Below are positions 1 through 8,441 of a stretch of 32,000 nucleotides of DNA, piece after piece; the stretch's first letter is position 1; each line of letters begins with the position of its first letter. The notes under the pieces are model-generated. The model saw nothing but the letters and a program-made list of their open reading frames with translations, was not told where the DNA came from and ran no database searches. Source of the stretch: Candidatus Iainarchaeum sp. (GTDB lineage: Archaea; Iainarchaeota; Iainarchaeia; Iainarchaeales; CSSED10-239). The DNA lies in assembly GCA_037441475.1 (NCBI GenBank), contig JBBISB010000001.1:607465-639464 (forward strand). The letters run 5' to 3'. A program made the translations under genes and the position numbers.

Positions 1-1
1 C

Positions 2-154
2 TTACTAATCATCTTTGCTATAGCTTTAATCATCTACTACATTTCAATGCTTTATAATTTTGTAAAGAACATGTATGATTTTGAGATTGCAGGAAATCTT
101 TTAATGACTCTTGTTATCTTAATAGTAATGGTTCTTTTCTCAACAATCCTTTAA
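2..154 (+). CDS. 3' end of a membrane-protein gene (partial; the start lies left of the window)
   Basis: The frame is open from position 2 to TAA at 152-154. The translated tail LLIIFAIALIIYYISMLYNF...NLLMTLVILIVMVLFSTIL forms two hydrophobic helices. It is absent from the ORF track because no start codon lies in the window. Confidence 0.4.
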   Translation, partial: LLIIFAIALIIYYISMLYNFVKNMYDFEIAGNLLMTLVILIVMVLFSTIL

Positions 155-214
155 TTTTTTATTTTTTTTAAAAAATAATAAAAGGATAAGTTATAAAGCA
201 AAAATAGGTTTTTC

Positions 215-2632
215 ATGATAAAAGAAATAAAAAAAGAAACTGGTGTTTTCTTAACTTCCTTTTATGATGAGGGCATTTATGTAACTATTAAAGATGAGAA
301 AGGTATTAAAAAAAATCTCTTTTATGACTTCTCTCCTTACCTTTACCTTGTTTCTGAAAAACCATTAACTGAAGAAGATTGTTTTCTTCTTATTAATTCT
401 TTAAAAAATCTCTTAGAGATTATAAAAACAGAAAAAGAAAACTTCAATAACTGTTATAAACTTCTCTTTAAAGACATTGATTCCTTTCTTTCTTCAAGAG
501 AACATTTAAAAGAAACAAATCTTTCTTCTTCCTTTAAGCTTAAGGAATATGATATTCCTTTTATACAAAGGTTCTTTATAGACAACTCCCTTTCTTGTTT
601 TAAAAAAATCACTTACACTTACAAGGAAGATAAACTACTTTCTTTTGAGATTTTAGAGGACATCTCTCCAGAGTCTTTGTCTCACCTAACCTTTGATATT
701 GAGGTCCTTCCTCCAAACGACTTGTCTTTTCCAGAGCCAAAGTCTTCTCCAATTCTTTCAATATGCACAATGGATGAAGCCTACAACTACAAGGTTTTTT
801 TCTTAAAGGACATTTCCTTTAAAGAAGAGGACTTTTATAAGTCTTTTAAAAAAGAAAAAACAGAGGTGTTCTTTTTCACAGACGAGTCTTTAATGATAGA
901 TGCTTTTTTTAAACATCTAGAAACAAAAGACCCTGATTTGCTTTTCACATATAACGGAGATCGTTTTGATTTTGAGTATATCTATAAAAGATATAAAACC
1001 ATTAAGTCTCAAGAGATTAATTTTTCAAAAAAAATAACCTTTCATAAAAGAGGAAATACTTCTGTCTCCATTGATAACATAATCCATATTGACACATATA
1101 TCTTAATGAGGCTCTTAAACTATCTTCAGGTCTTTAACTACTCAAAGCTTGACCTTAACTCTGTTTATGCAAAGATAACTGGTAATAAAAAAATTATTTT
1201 AAAGGTAAAGGACTTTATAGACCTTTACTCTTCTCAAGAGTACAGTAAGATAATAGAGTATAACATGGATGATGTTTATGCCACTTACTATCTTTCCATA
1301 AACTATCTTTCAATAGTTAATGAAATTTCAAAACTAATCTCTTCCCCTATCTATGATACCTTAAGGACATCAGCAGGGCAGATGATAGAAAAGCTTTTCA
1401 TTTACAATTACTTTAAGAAAAACATTATTCTAGAGGAAAGACCAGGTCCTAATACCATTTCAAGAAGGTATGAGTATAGCTTTACTGGTGCTTTTGTAAA
1501 AGCCCCTTTAGTTGGCTTGCATGAAAACATTGCTGTTGTAGATTTTAGAAGCTACCATATATCTATTTTAATGGCATACAACATAAGCCCAGAAACAATA
1601 AACATTCCATGTAAAGATTTTGAAGAGATTTTAGGTTATAAAATATCTAAAGACAAAAAAGGCTTTGTTCCTGGGCTTTTAGAAAACTTCTTATCTTTAA
1701 GGGTTTCAATTAAAAATCAAATGAAAACTTTTCCAAAAGACTCTCAAGAGTATAAAAGTCTTTATGCAAAGCAGTTTGCTTTAAAGATACTTCTTGCTTC
1801 AACCTATGGTTACATGGGTTTTTCAGGTGCAAGATGGTACTGTAGACCTTGCCTTGAGATAATGTATCATTTGGTAAGAACAAAGATACAGGAGACAATT
1901 GATCTTTTCATTTCCCGAGGGTATACTGTTGTATACGGGGACACAGACTCTTGTTTTATAAAGTTTGAAGATAAAGAAAAACTTTCAAAGGACATAGAAA
2001 AAATAAATAAATCACTTCCTTCTTTAATGTCTCTTGAAACAGAGGGCTTTTTTAAAAGCGGTTTGTTTGTTCTCTCAAGAGATAAAACAAAGGGGGCTAA
2101 GAAAAAATACGCTCTTCTAGCAGAGGACGGTTCTTTAAAGATAAAGGGCTTTGAGTTTGTAAGAAGGGATTGGTGCTTTCTTGTAAAGGAAACACAAAAA
2201 GAACTTTTCAATATTCTTTTAGAAGAAAAAGATGTTAAAAAAGCAGTTGAGTATGTAAGAGGGGTAATAAAGGATCTTGAAAATAAGAAAGTTCCTTTGC
2301 AAAAATTAGTTCTTCAAGCATTCATTCATAAAAACATTAAAAGCTATAAAATCATAAACCCTGCAATGTCAGCTTTACTTTATGCTAAAAAGAACGGAGA
2401 AAAAATAAAAGAAAAAGATTTAATAGAGTACATCATAACAAACCATGCTTCTAAAAACATCTCAGACAAAGCAAGGCTTTACCAAGAGGGAGTTTCTCTT
2501 GATTATGATGTTTCCTACTATCTTGATAACCAGCTTCTCCCTTCTGTTATCTCCATTCTAGAGGTCTTTAACATCTCAAAGGATGAACTTTTAACTGGTA
2601 AAAAACAAAAGGGTTTAAATGATTTCTTTTAA
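215..2632 (+). CDS. polB: Family-B DNA polymerase (archaeal PolB)
   Basis: The 805-aa ORF has the full motif set: ExoI LTFDIEV, ExoII YNGDRFDFEY, ExoIII YNMDDVYATY, Pol motif A DFRSYHISILMAYNISPET, motif B KILLASTYGYMG (KxxxNSxYG type) and motif C VVYGDTDS. Confidence 0.95.
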   Translation: MIKEIKKETGVFLTSFYDEGIYVTIKDEKGIKKNLFYDFSPYLYLVSEKPLTEEDCFLLINSLKNLLEIIKTEKENFNNCYKLLFKDIDSFLSSREHLKETNLSSSFKLKEYDIPFIQRFFIDNSLSCFKKITYTYKEDKLLSFEILEDISPESLSHLTFDIEVLPPNDLSFPEPKSSPILSICTMDEAYNYKVFFLKDISFKEEDFYKSFKKEKTEVFFFTDESLMIDAFFKHLETKDPDLLFTYNGDRFDFEYIYKRYKTIKSQEINFSKKITFHKRGNTSVSIDNIIHIDTYILMRLLNYLQVFNYSKLDLNSVYAKITGNKKIILKVKDFIDLYSSQEYSKIIEYNMDDVYATYYLSINYLSIVNEISKLISSPIYDTLRTSAGQMIEKLFIYNYFKKNIILEERPGPNTISRRYEYSFTGAFVKAPLVGLHENIAVVDFRSYHISILMAYNISPETINIPCKDFEEILGYKISKDKKGFVPGLLENFLSLRVSIKNQMKTFPKDSQEYKSLYAKQFALKILLASTYGYMGFSGARWYCRPCLEIMYHLVRTKIQETIDLFISRGYTVVYGDTDSCFIKFEDKEKLSKDIEKINKSLPSLMSLETEGFFKSGLFVLSRDKTKGAKKKYALLAEDGSLKIKGFEFVRRDWCFLVKETQKELFNILLEEKDVKKAVEYVRGVIKDLENKKVPLQKLVLQAFIHKNIKSYKIINPAMSALLYAKKNGEKIKEKDLIEYIITNHASKNISDKARLYQEGVSLDYDVSYYLDNQLLPSVISILEVFNISKDELLTGKKQKGLNDFF

Positions 2633-3534
2633 AACTTCTTTTGAAACTGGTTAACCCAAAAGGAAAGTGTCTCAGGAGAGAATACCCCTTCTTCTGTTAT
2701 AAACTTATTTATCAAGTCACTTGGAACAATATCAAAGGCTGGGTTTCTAATTTTAAGTTTTTCAGGTCTTGTTTCTTTTTCCCAAACTTCATCAATATCT
2801 CTTTCTTCCACACTTTGAACAAATGACAAAAGATCGTTTGTTTCAACACAGTGTGTTGAGGTTAAAACAACATGGCTTGTCTTAAATTCTTTTGAAGCAA
2901 GACTAATAGCATGTGTCCCTAGTTTATTCATAATTGATCCGTCTGAAAAAACAACATCTGCTCCTGTAAAAAAATAATCAATTGGCTTAAGATAATGAGT
3001 AACTGATGCGTCTGTTATAAGTGTTGTCTTTATACCGTAATCAGAAAGATTTTTAGCAGTTATTCTTCCTTGATACCTTGGTCTTGTCTCTGTACAAAAA
3101 ACTTCAAAATCAATTCCTCTATCAAAGGCTTTCTTAAAAGCATTCTCAACTAAGGTAGAGTGGCAGTGTGTTAATACCTTTGATCCATTAACAATCAATT
3201 GAGAGGCCATCTCTGATATCCTTAAATTACCATCTTCTGTTTTTTCTTGGTATTTTTCAATCTCTAAAACAAGCTCTTCTGTGTTATTTGAATTCTTTTT
3301 AATCTTTTGATAAATATAGCTCATGGAGTTTCTAAGCTTAGGCTCGTTTGGTCTTTGGATAACCAAGTGATTAATATTCTCTTTTATCTCTAAAATAAGA
3401 TTTTCTCCAAGCTTATCTGTATGTCTTAAATACTCTAAAATACCTTTGATGGCTGCAATTTCAATGTTACTTGCCCCTTGTATCTTAATATCTTTGATGT
3501 CTTTTGCTATTTTTTGTATGTTTTTATCTATCAT
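2629..3534 (-). CDS. IF-2B alpha/beta/delta family protein (ribose-1,5-bisphosphate isomerase or aIF-2B-like)
   Basis: The 301-aa ORF shows the family pattern VLTHCHSTLV ... CTETRPRYQGR ... FFTGADVVFSDGSIMNKLGTHAISLASKEF. An AGGTGA Shine-Dalgarno-like site precedes the ATG. I cannot decide between isomerase and aIF-2B-like by eye. Confidence 0.8.
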   Translation of the reverse strand: MIDKNIQKIAKDIKDIKIQGASNIEIAAIKGILEYLRHTDKLGENLILEIKENINHLVIQRPNEPKLRNSMSYIYQKIKKNSNNTEELVLEIEKYQEKTEDGNLRISEMASQLIVNGSKVLTHCHSTLVENAFKKAFDRGIDFEVFCTETRPRYQGRITAKNLSDYGIKTTLITDASVTHYLKPIDYFFTGADVVFSDGSIMNKLGTHAISLASKEFKTSHVVLTSTHCVETNDLLSFVQSVEERDIDEVWEKETRPEKLKIRNPAFDIVPSDLINKFITEEGVFSPETLSFWVNQFQKKF

Positions 3535-3590
3535 TTGGCATCACCTTTTATAATAATGGTTAACCATATTATATTTAAAGGTTTCCTCAC

Positions 3591-3606
3591 TATAATATAT
3601 AATATA
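3591..3606 (+). promoter_or_regulatory. Putative TATA box/promoter for ftsZ
   Basis: tataatatataatata lies 47-62 nt upstream of the ftsZ start. GAGGTG at 3639-3644 sits 8 nt before the TTG start. The same ACTAT-TATA-like pattern recurs in other intergenic regions. Confidence 0.4.
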
Positions 3607-3652
3607 CTTATTTTCGATTATGATTTATTATATTTATTGAGGTGAAAATATC

Positions 3653-4708
3653 TTGACTACAAATCAACAAACCAATGCAGAGCTAGAGGAATTTTTAAAT
3701 GCATCATTACCTAAAATATGTGTTATAGGTGCAGGTGGAAGTGGAAACAACACTATTGAGAGATTAACAAATGTAGGTGTAGAGGGTGCCTTTACAGTTG
3801 CCTTAAACACAGATGCTCAAGCTTTAATAAGAGTTAATGCTGATAAAAAAATATTAATAGGTAAAAAAACAACCAAGGGCCTAGGTGCAGGATCAAACCC
3901 TGATGTTGGTGCTTCAGCTGCTGAAGAGTCAAAGGATGAACTAATGGATGTTATAAAAGGAAAAGATTTAGTTTTTGTAACATGTGGTCTTGGTGGAGGG
4001 ACAGGTACAGGTGCTGCTCCAGTTGTTGCAAGACTTGCAAAAGAACAAGGCTCCTTAACAATAGGTGTTGCAACCTTACCATTCGCTGTTGAAGGTAAAA
4101 AAAGAATTGAGAATGCCTTAGCTGGTCTTGATAAGTTAAAAAAAGAAGTTGATACTTTAATAATAGTTCCAAACGATAAGATTTTAGAGATTGCTCCTGA
4201 TCTTCCATTAAATGTTGCTTTCCAAGAGGTTGATAAAATCTTAACAGAGAGTGTAAAGGGTATTGTTGAACTTATAACAAGAGCAGGAATAATTAATCTT
4301 GATTTTGCTGATCTAAGAACCATTCTTTCAAAAGGCGGAATGGCAATGATAGGTGTTGGAGAATCAAATATTGAGAAAGGAAATGATGCAAGAGCAATGG
4401 AAGCTGTTGAAAATGCTTTAACCTCTCCTCTTTTAGATATTGATATTTCAAGTTCTACAAAGGCCTTAGTAAATGTTATTGGTGGTTCTGACTTAACCAT
4501 TAAAGAAGCTGAACTAATAGTTGATACTGTTGCTTTAAAGATAAATGAGGATGCTCACATTATCTGGGGTGCAATGATAGATGATAACCTTGCAAACAAG
4601 AAAGTTAAAGTTATGGTTGTTATTGCAGGTGCACATATACCTTACCTTGAAGATGGTTATGATTCCATGGACTCAAGGAGCATGGATCTTGACATAGATA
4701 GTGTTTAA
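3653..4708 (+). CDS. ftsZ: Cell division GTPase FtsZ
   Basis: The ORF contains GAGGSGNN and the tubulin signature GLGGGTGTGAAPVVA. TTG is the only possible start: the frame opens at 3641 after TGA at 3638-3640, and there is no in-frame ATG or GTG before the GTP-binding motif. Confidence 0.96.
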   Translation: MTTNQQTNAELEEFLNASLPKICVIGAGGSGNNTIERLTNVGVEGAFTVALNTDAQALIRVNADKKILIGKKTTKGLGAGSNPDVGASAAEESKDELMDVIKGKDLVFVTCGLGGGTGTGAAPVVARLAKEQGSLTIGVATLPFAVEGKKRIENALAGLDKLKKEVDTLIIVPNDKILEIAPDLPLNVAFQEVDKILTESVKGIVELITRAGIINLDFADLRTILSKGGMAMIGVGESNIEKGNDARAMEAVENALTSPLLDIDISSSTKALVNVIGGSDLTIKEAELIVDTVALKINEDAHIIWGAMIDDNLANKKVKVMVVIAGAHIPYLEDGYDSMDSRSMDLDIDSV

Positions 4709-4767
4709 TGATTTTTTTTAAATAAAAAAATTATAAGTGATATAAAAAAAGAAAAGTGAAAAAAAAT

Positions 4768-4944
4768 ATGTCTAAATTAATAAATAACTTAAAAGATTTT
4801 TTTGCATCCTCAAGAAGGATCTTAAACATCTCTCAAAAACCTACCTCAAAGGAATTCTGGTTTATGGCAAAGATTATTGCTCTTGGTATAGTTGTTATTG
4901 GTATAATAGGGTATCTTGTAAAGTTAATTGCAAGTTTTTTTTAA
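4768..4944 (+). CDS. secE: Protein translocase subunit SecE / Sec61-gamma
   Basis: This small tail-anchored protein, MSKLINNLKDFFASSRRILNISQKPTSKEFWFMAKIIALGIVVIGIIGYLVKL, sits in the conserved position just upstream of spt5 and rpl11. The ORF track starts it at GTG 4756; I prefer ATG 4768. Confidence 0.8.
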   Translation: MSKLINNLKDFFASSRRILNISQKPTSKEFWFMAKIIALGIVVIGIIGYLVKLIASFF

Positions 4945-4970
4945 AAATATAAAGAAGAATGTGGAAAAAT

Positions 4971-5408
4971 ATGATTTTTACAATTAGAACAACAGTTGGT
5001 CAAGAAAAAGTAATTATGGACCTTTTATCAAACAAGGCAAAACAAGATGAACTTGAAGTTTATTCTGTTGTTGAAATGGCTGACCTTAAAGGTTATCTTT
5101 TAGTAGAGGCTGATTCTAAAAAAACAGTTGAAATTTTAGTTCATAATGTTCCACACATCAAAGGTGGAAAGATTGTTGAAGGTAACATAAATATTAAAGA
5201 GATTGCTGGTGTTTTAGAATCAAGACCTTTAATGTCTTCTATAAAACCTGGACAAACTGTTGAGATAATCCTAGGCCCTTTTAAAGGTTCTAGAGCAAAA
5301 GTTATTAGAATCAATCTTGCAAAGGAAGAAGTTATAATTGAGCTTTTCGATGCAAGTGTTAAGATCCCAATAACAATAAAAGCAGAAAATATAAAATTAT
5401 TAAATTAA
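4971..5408 (+). CDS. spt5: Transcription elongation factor Spt5 (NusG homologue)
   Basis: It has an NGN-type N-terminus (MIFTIRTTVGQEK ... KGYLLVEA) and a KOW motif (GQTVEIILGPFKGSRAKVIRI). It lies between secE and rpl11. The ORF track starts it at 4959; the internal ATG at 4971 gives the canonical N-terminus. Confidence 0.9.
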   Translation: MIFTIRTTVGQEKVIMDLLSNKAKQDELEVYSVVEMADLKGYLLVEADSKKTVEILVHNVPHIKGGKIVEGNINIKEIAGVLESRPLMSSIKPGQTVEIILGPFKGSRAKVIRINLAKEEVIIELFDASVKIPITIKAENIKLLN

Positions 5409-5437
5409 AATAAAAAGGAAAAAAAAGTGATTAATAT

Positions 5438-5908
5438 ATGCCTACAATAAAAGTTTTAGTTGAAGCTGGAAAAGCAAACGCTGGTCCTCCAATCGGTCCT
5501 GCTTTAGGTCCATTAGGAGTTAACACAATGAGTGTTGTTAATAAAATAAATGAGGATACAAAGCATCTTAATGGTATGGAAATTCCTGTTAAGATACACA
5601 TTGACTCTAAGAAAAATTTCACAATTGAGCTAGGATCTCCACAAACAGGTGCTTTAATAAAAAAAGAACTTGGAATTAAAAAAGGCTCTTCAAAAGCAGG
5701 TATAGATGTTCCTGGAAATTTAACTTTTGAACAAGTTTTAAAAATAACAAATGCTAAATACTCTCAATTAGTCTCAAAATCTAAAAAATCTGCTGTTAAA
5801 GAGATTTTAGGTTCTTGTAGAGCAATGGGAATAACTGTTGACAATCTTCCTGTTTCAGAAGTTGTAACAATGGTAAACCACGGAGATTACGATTCTAAAT
5901 TAAAATAA
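5438..5908 (+). CDS. rpl11: 50S ribosomal protein L11 (uL11)
   Basis: The ORF contains AGKANAGPPIGPALGPLGVN, the diagnostic uL11 N-terminal motif. Its length is 156 aa. Confidence 0.95.
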   Translation: MPTIKVLVEAGKANAGPPIGPALGPLGVNTMSVVNKINEDTKHLNGMEIPVKIHIDSKKNFTIELGSPQTGALIKKELGIKKGSSKAGIDVPGNLTFEQVLKITNAKYSQLVSKSKKSAVKEILGSCRAMGITVDNLPVSEVVTMVNHGDYDSKLK

Positions 5909-5912
5909 GGAA

Positions 5913-5937
5913 TCTTTTCTTTTTTTCTTCTTTTTTT
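5913..5937 (+). terminator. Oligo-T tract, putative archaeal terminator after rpl11
   Basis: T4 (5915-5918), T7 (5920-5926) and T7 (5931-5937) runs start 5 nt after the rpl11 stop and are followed by a 120-nt non-coding gap. Confidence 0.4.
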
Positions 5938-6031
5938 ATTATTTTCTAAAAACAAAAAGCTTTTTATTACTTAACTACTATATATTTATTAGTTTTTTTA
6001 TAAATATATTTAAGTATAAGGGTGATTTAAT

Positions 6032-6526
6032 TTGAAAAATAAAATATTTTTTGCAATCTTCTCGTTTTTAGTTATTTTTTTAATGTCTTTTCAAGTAGCA
6101 GCATACACAGACTATGCCTTAACAGATATTGTTCTTCCAAACACAGTAAGAGCAGGACAAGATCTTAATGCTACGTTTATAATCACCTCAAACTCAGCTG
6201 GAAATGTTAATGTTGATGTTAATGTCTATTCTCCACAAGGAAACCTTATTGGCACTTTTCCTCGTAATATGAGTGTGGGCACAAATAATTTTTCTCTTTC
6301 AATAGCAAATGACTTAAACTTCTCAACACAACCATACATGATAAGAGGTTTAATCTCAACAGGAGATGATAACCCTACAAACAACATCTACAGTAAATAT
6401 TTTACAGTTGCAAAGTCCACAGATAAGATCCCAGTAAGTGATCTTCCTTTATTTTCAGGAATCATAGTTGCTTTACTTTTCTTATTTGTACTTTCATATA
6501 CCAAAACTTCTAAAAAGAAAAAATGA
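6032..6526 (+). CDS. Small secreted surface protein with one CARDB-like beta-sandwich and a C-terminal membrane anchor
   Basis: It starts at TTG after GGGTGA and has an N-terminal signal peptide (MKNKIFFAIFSFLVIFLMSFQVAA). YALTDIVLPNTVRAGQDLNATFIITSNSAGNVNVDVNVY resembles the CARDB pattern. The C-terminus is PLFSGIIVALLFLFVLSYTKTSKKKK. Confidence 0.5.
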   Translation: MKNKIFFAIFSFLVIFLMSFQVAAYTDYALTDIVLPNTVRAGQDLNATFIITSNSAGNVNVDVNVYSPQGNLIGTFPRNMSVGTNNFSLSIANDLNFSTQPYMIRGLISTGDDNPTNNIYSKYFTVAKSTDKIPVSDLPLFSGIIVALLFLFVLSYTKTSKKKK

Positions 6527-6532
6527 TAATTA

Positions 6533-7453
6533 ATGACAGAACAGTATGATTTAAAACTTTTAAAAAAAGCAGGTGAACTTAATCTCAAAACTCAAAAGTA
6601 TGCCCAAAAAATAATAAAGGTTGGGTGTGATCTTTCAAGAGTTGGTGTTGAGATAGATAAGTACATCTTAGATAACGGTGCAGTCCCAGCATGGCCAGTT
6701 AACCTTTCAATCAACAATGAGGCTGCCCACAACTCCTATGATTTAGAAAACCCAGTCATCTTAAAAGAAGAGGATATCTTAAAGGTGGATGTTGGAGTTT
6801 CCATGGATGGCTTTATAGCAGACTCAGCTCAAACAATAATCTTTAATAAAAAACATGAGGCCTTAAAGGATGCAAGTTTAAAGGCTCTTTCTTCTGTTAA
6901 AAAATATTTAATTGATAATTACAAAACAGGAAAAATATCTGACATAGGAAAAATCATTGAACAGGAAATAACCTCTCGTGGCTTTAAACCAATCAGAAAC
7001 CTAACTGGTCATGCTATTGAAAGGTTTGAACCACATGCCTCTCCAGCTATCCCTAACACAATAAACGATATGCACATTCCTTTAACAGAGATAAATCTTC
7101 CCTTTGCAGTTGAACCTTTTGCCTCAACTGGTGATGGTTTTGTAACTGAGGCTGAAAAGATATTAATCTTTCAACATATAGAGGATAGGCCAATAAGAAA
7201 CAAGGATGCAAAATTACTTTTAGAGGAGATACACAAGTATCAAGGAACTCCTTTCTCAGAATACTGGATAGGTAAGACATTAAACACTTTCCAAAAAAGA
7301 TATGCTTTAAGAGAGCTTTTAAAAAATGAAATCATCTCAAGCTTCCCTGTCTTAGTTGATAGAAAGAACAGTTTTGTTTCTCAAGCAGAAACAACCTTTG
7401 TTATTGACAAAAAAGAAGGTCTTATAGATTTGGTGAAAATTGATGAGTTATAG
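6533..7453 (+). CDS. map: Methionine aminopeptidase, type 2 (archaeal, peptidase M24)
   Basis: Metal-ligand contexts are present: LKVDVGVSMDGFIADSAQT, LTGHAIERF, PFAVEPF and SQAETTFVI. At 306 aa it is typical of archaeal MetAP. Confidence 0.9.
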   Translation: MTEQYDLKLLKKAGELNLKTQKYAQKIIKVGCDLSRVGVEIDKYILDNGAVPAWPVNLSINNEAAHNSYDLENPVILKEEDILKVDVGVSMDGFIADSAQTIIFNKKHEALKDASLKALSSVKKYLIDNYKTGKISDIGKIIEQEITSRGFKPIRNLTGHAIERFEPHASPAIPNTINDMHIPLTEINLPFAVEPFASTGDGFVTEAEKILIFQHIEDRPIRNKDAKLLLEEIHKYQGTPFSEYWIGKTLNTFQKRYALRELLKNEIISSFPVLVDRKNSFVSQAETTFVIDKKEGLIDLVKIDEL

Positions 7454-8411
7454 TGAGGCCTTTTCCAAGAAAGGTATTTTAAAAATTTCTTTAATTGCTT
7501 TTTCAATAGTTATGTGGATGTATTTCTATACTTCCTCAAACATCTCTTTAAAGGCATTAATAGTTTTCAATCTTCCTCTTTTAGTTAATTCCTTTTTAAC
7601 CCTAGACTTTTTATTCTTACTTCTATTCTTCCCAGTCACTTCTGCCATATGTATAGCCCTTTCCATTGGTAAACAAAGAAACCTAGATTTACTAGAGGTT
7701 TTCTTAGGTATAGCAAGTGGTTTTTTAATTTCTTTTATATTTTTTGGTTTTTCATTAAATTTCTTAATATTCATACTCTTCTACACAGCAGCTCACCTAA
7801 TCTTATCTCTCTTAACATACAATAAGTTTAAGGAAAGAGATAAGCTTAGTGTTCTTTCAAACTATGCAAACACAAAGATAAGTCTTCTTTTAACCTTAGC
7901 TTTATTTCTGGTTGTTTTTTTAATAATTTTACCAAACCAAGCAAGCTATGCTCAAGGAATGCAAGAGGGTATTGTTAATGTTTTTGTAGGTGAGGACATA
8001 GGTAACTGGCTTGGAACCTCTTACAGCATAAGTAAAGCAAGCACAGTTTCAGCTGTTAATTTTATTGTTGACTCTCCAGAGTTTAGAGATTTAAAAAGAG
8101 TGCAAGACCCTGTTGTTTACAAGTATGTTGATTATTTAGAGGATTTACAAGCAGAAGCTTCTAAAAAAACAACTAAAGAAGATATTGAAAAGATATATGC
8201 AAACCTAAACACAACTGAGATTAAAACACAAGTCTTAAGTGCAATTTCAAGCATGCCTCTAATGATAGTTGTAACAAAGTTCTTTGCTTTGTTTTATGCT
8301 TTAATAATAGCTTCAATGGCTCAGATTTATTTTTCAATTTCATTTTCTTTATTTGGTTTATTGTATGTTTTTATTTTCTCAAAGGTTTTTAATAACAAGA
8401 GGGATGAGTAA
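7443..8411 (+). CDS. Polytopic membrane protein, unknown function
   Basis: There are four to five N-terminal TM helices, a soluble loop of about 100 aa (NQASYAQGMQEGIV...TEIKTQVLSAISS), then two C-terminal TM helices. The start overlaps the end of map; the track gives TTG 7440, and ATG 7443 is likelier. Confidence 0.6.
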   Translation: MSYSEAFSKKGILKISLIAFSIVMWMYFYTSSNISLKALIVFNLPLLVNSFLTLDFLFLLLFFPVTSAICIALSIGKQRNLDLLEVFLGIASGFLISFIFFGFSLNFLIFILFYTAAHLILSLLTYNKFKERDKLSVLSNYANTKISLLLTLALFLVVFLIILPNQASYAQGMQEGIVNVFVGEDIGNWLGTSYSISKASTVSAVNFIVDSPEFRDLKRVQDPVVYKYVDYLEDLQAEASKKTTKEDIEKIYANLNTTEIKTQVLSAISSMPLMIVVTKFFALFYALIIASMAQIYFSISFSLFGLLYVFIFSKVFNNKRDE

Positions 8412-8441
8412 ATTTTTATTTACAAAAAAAAGGATTATAAT

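Noticed and set aside
1710-2826. Short antisense or overlapping ORFs in the track at 1710-1898, 1867-2211 and 2641-2826. The same reasoning applies to 5431-5622, 6388-6588, 7053-7280, 7526-7774, 10447-10764, 10978-11217, 12017-12226, 23244-23426, 30139-30414 and 30835-31050
   Set aside because: Each lies inside a confidently assigned gene on the other strand or in another frame. None has a recognisable motif. They are treated as shadow ORFs.
3817-4500. A 227-aa ORF (and an 85-aa ORF at 3951-4208) on the strand opposite ftsZ
   Set aside because: They lie entirely within the unambiguous ftsZ gene. The translations are low-complexity mirror images of it (Pro/Ser/Ala runs opposite the Gly-rich motifs), and there is no start context.
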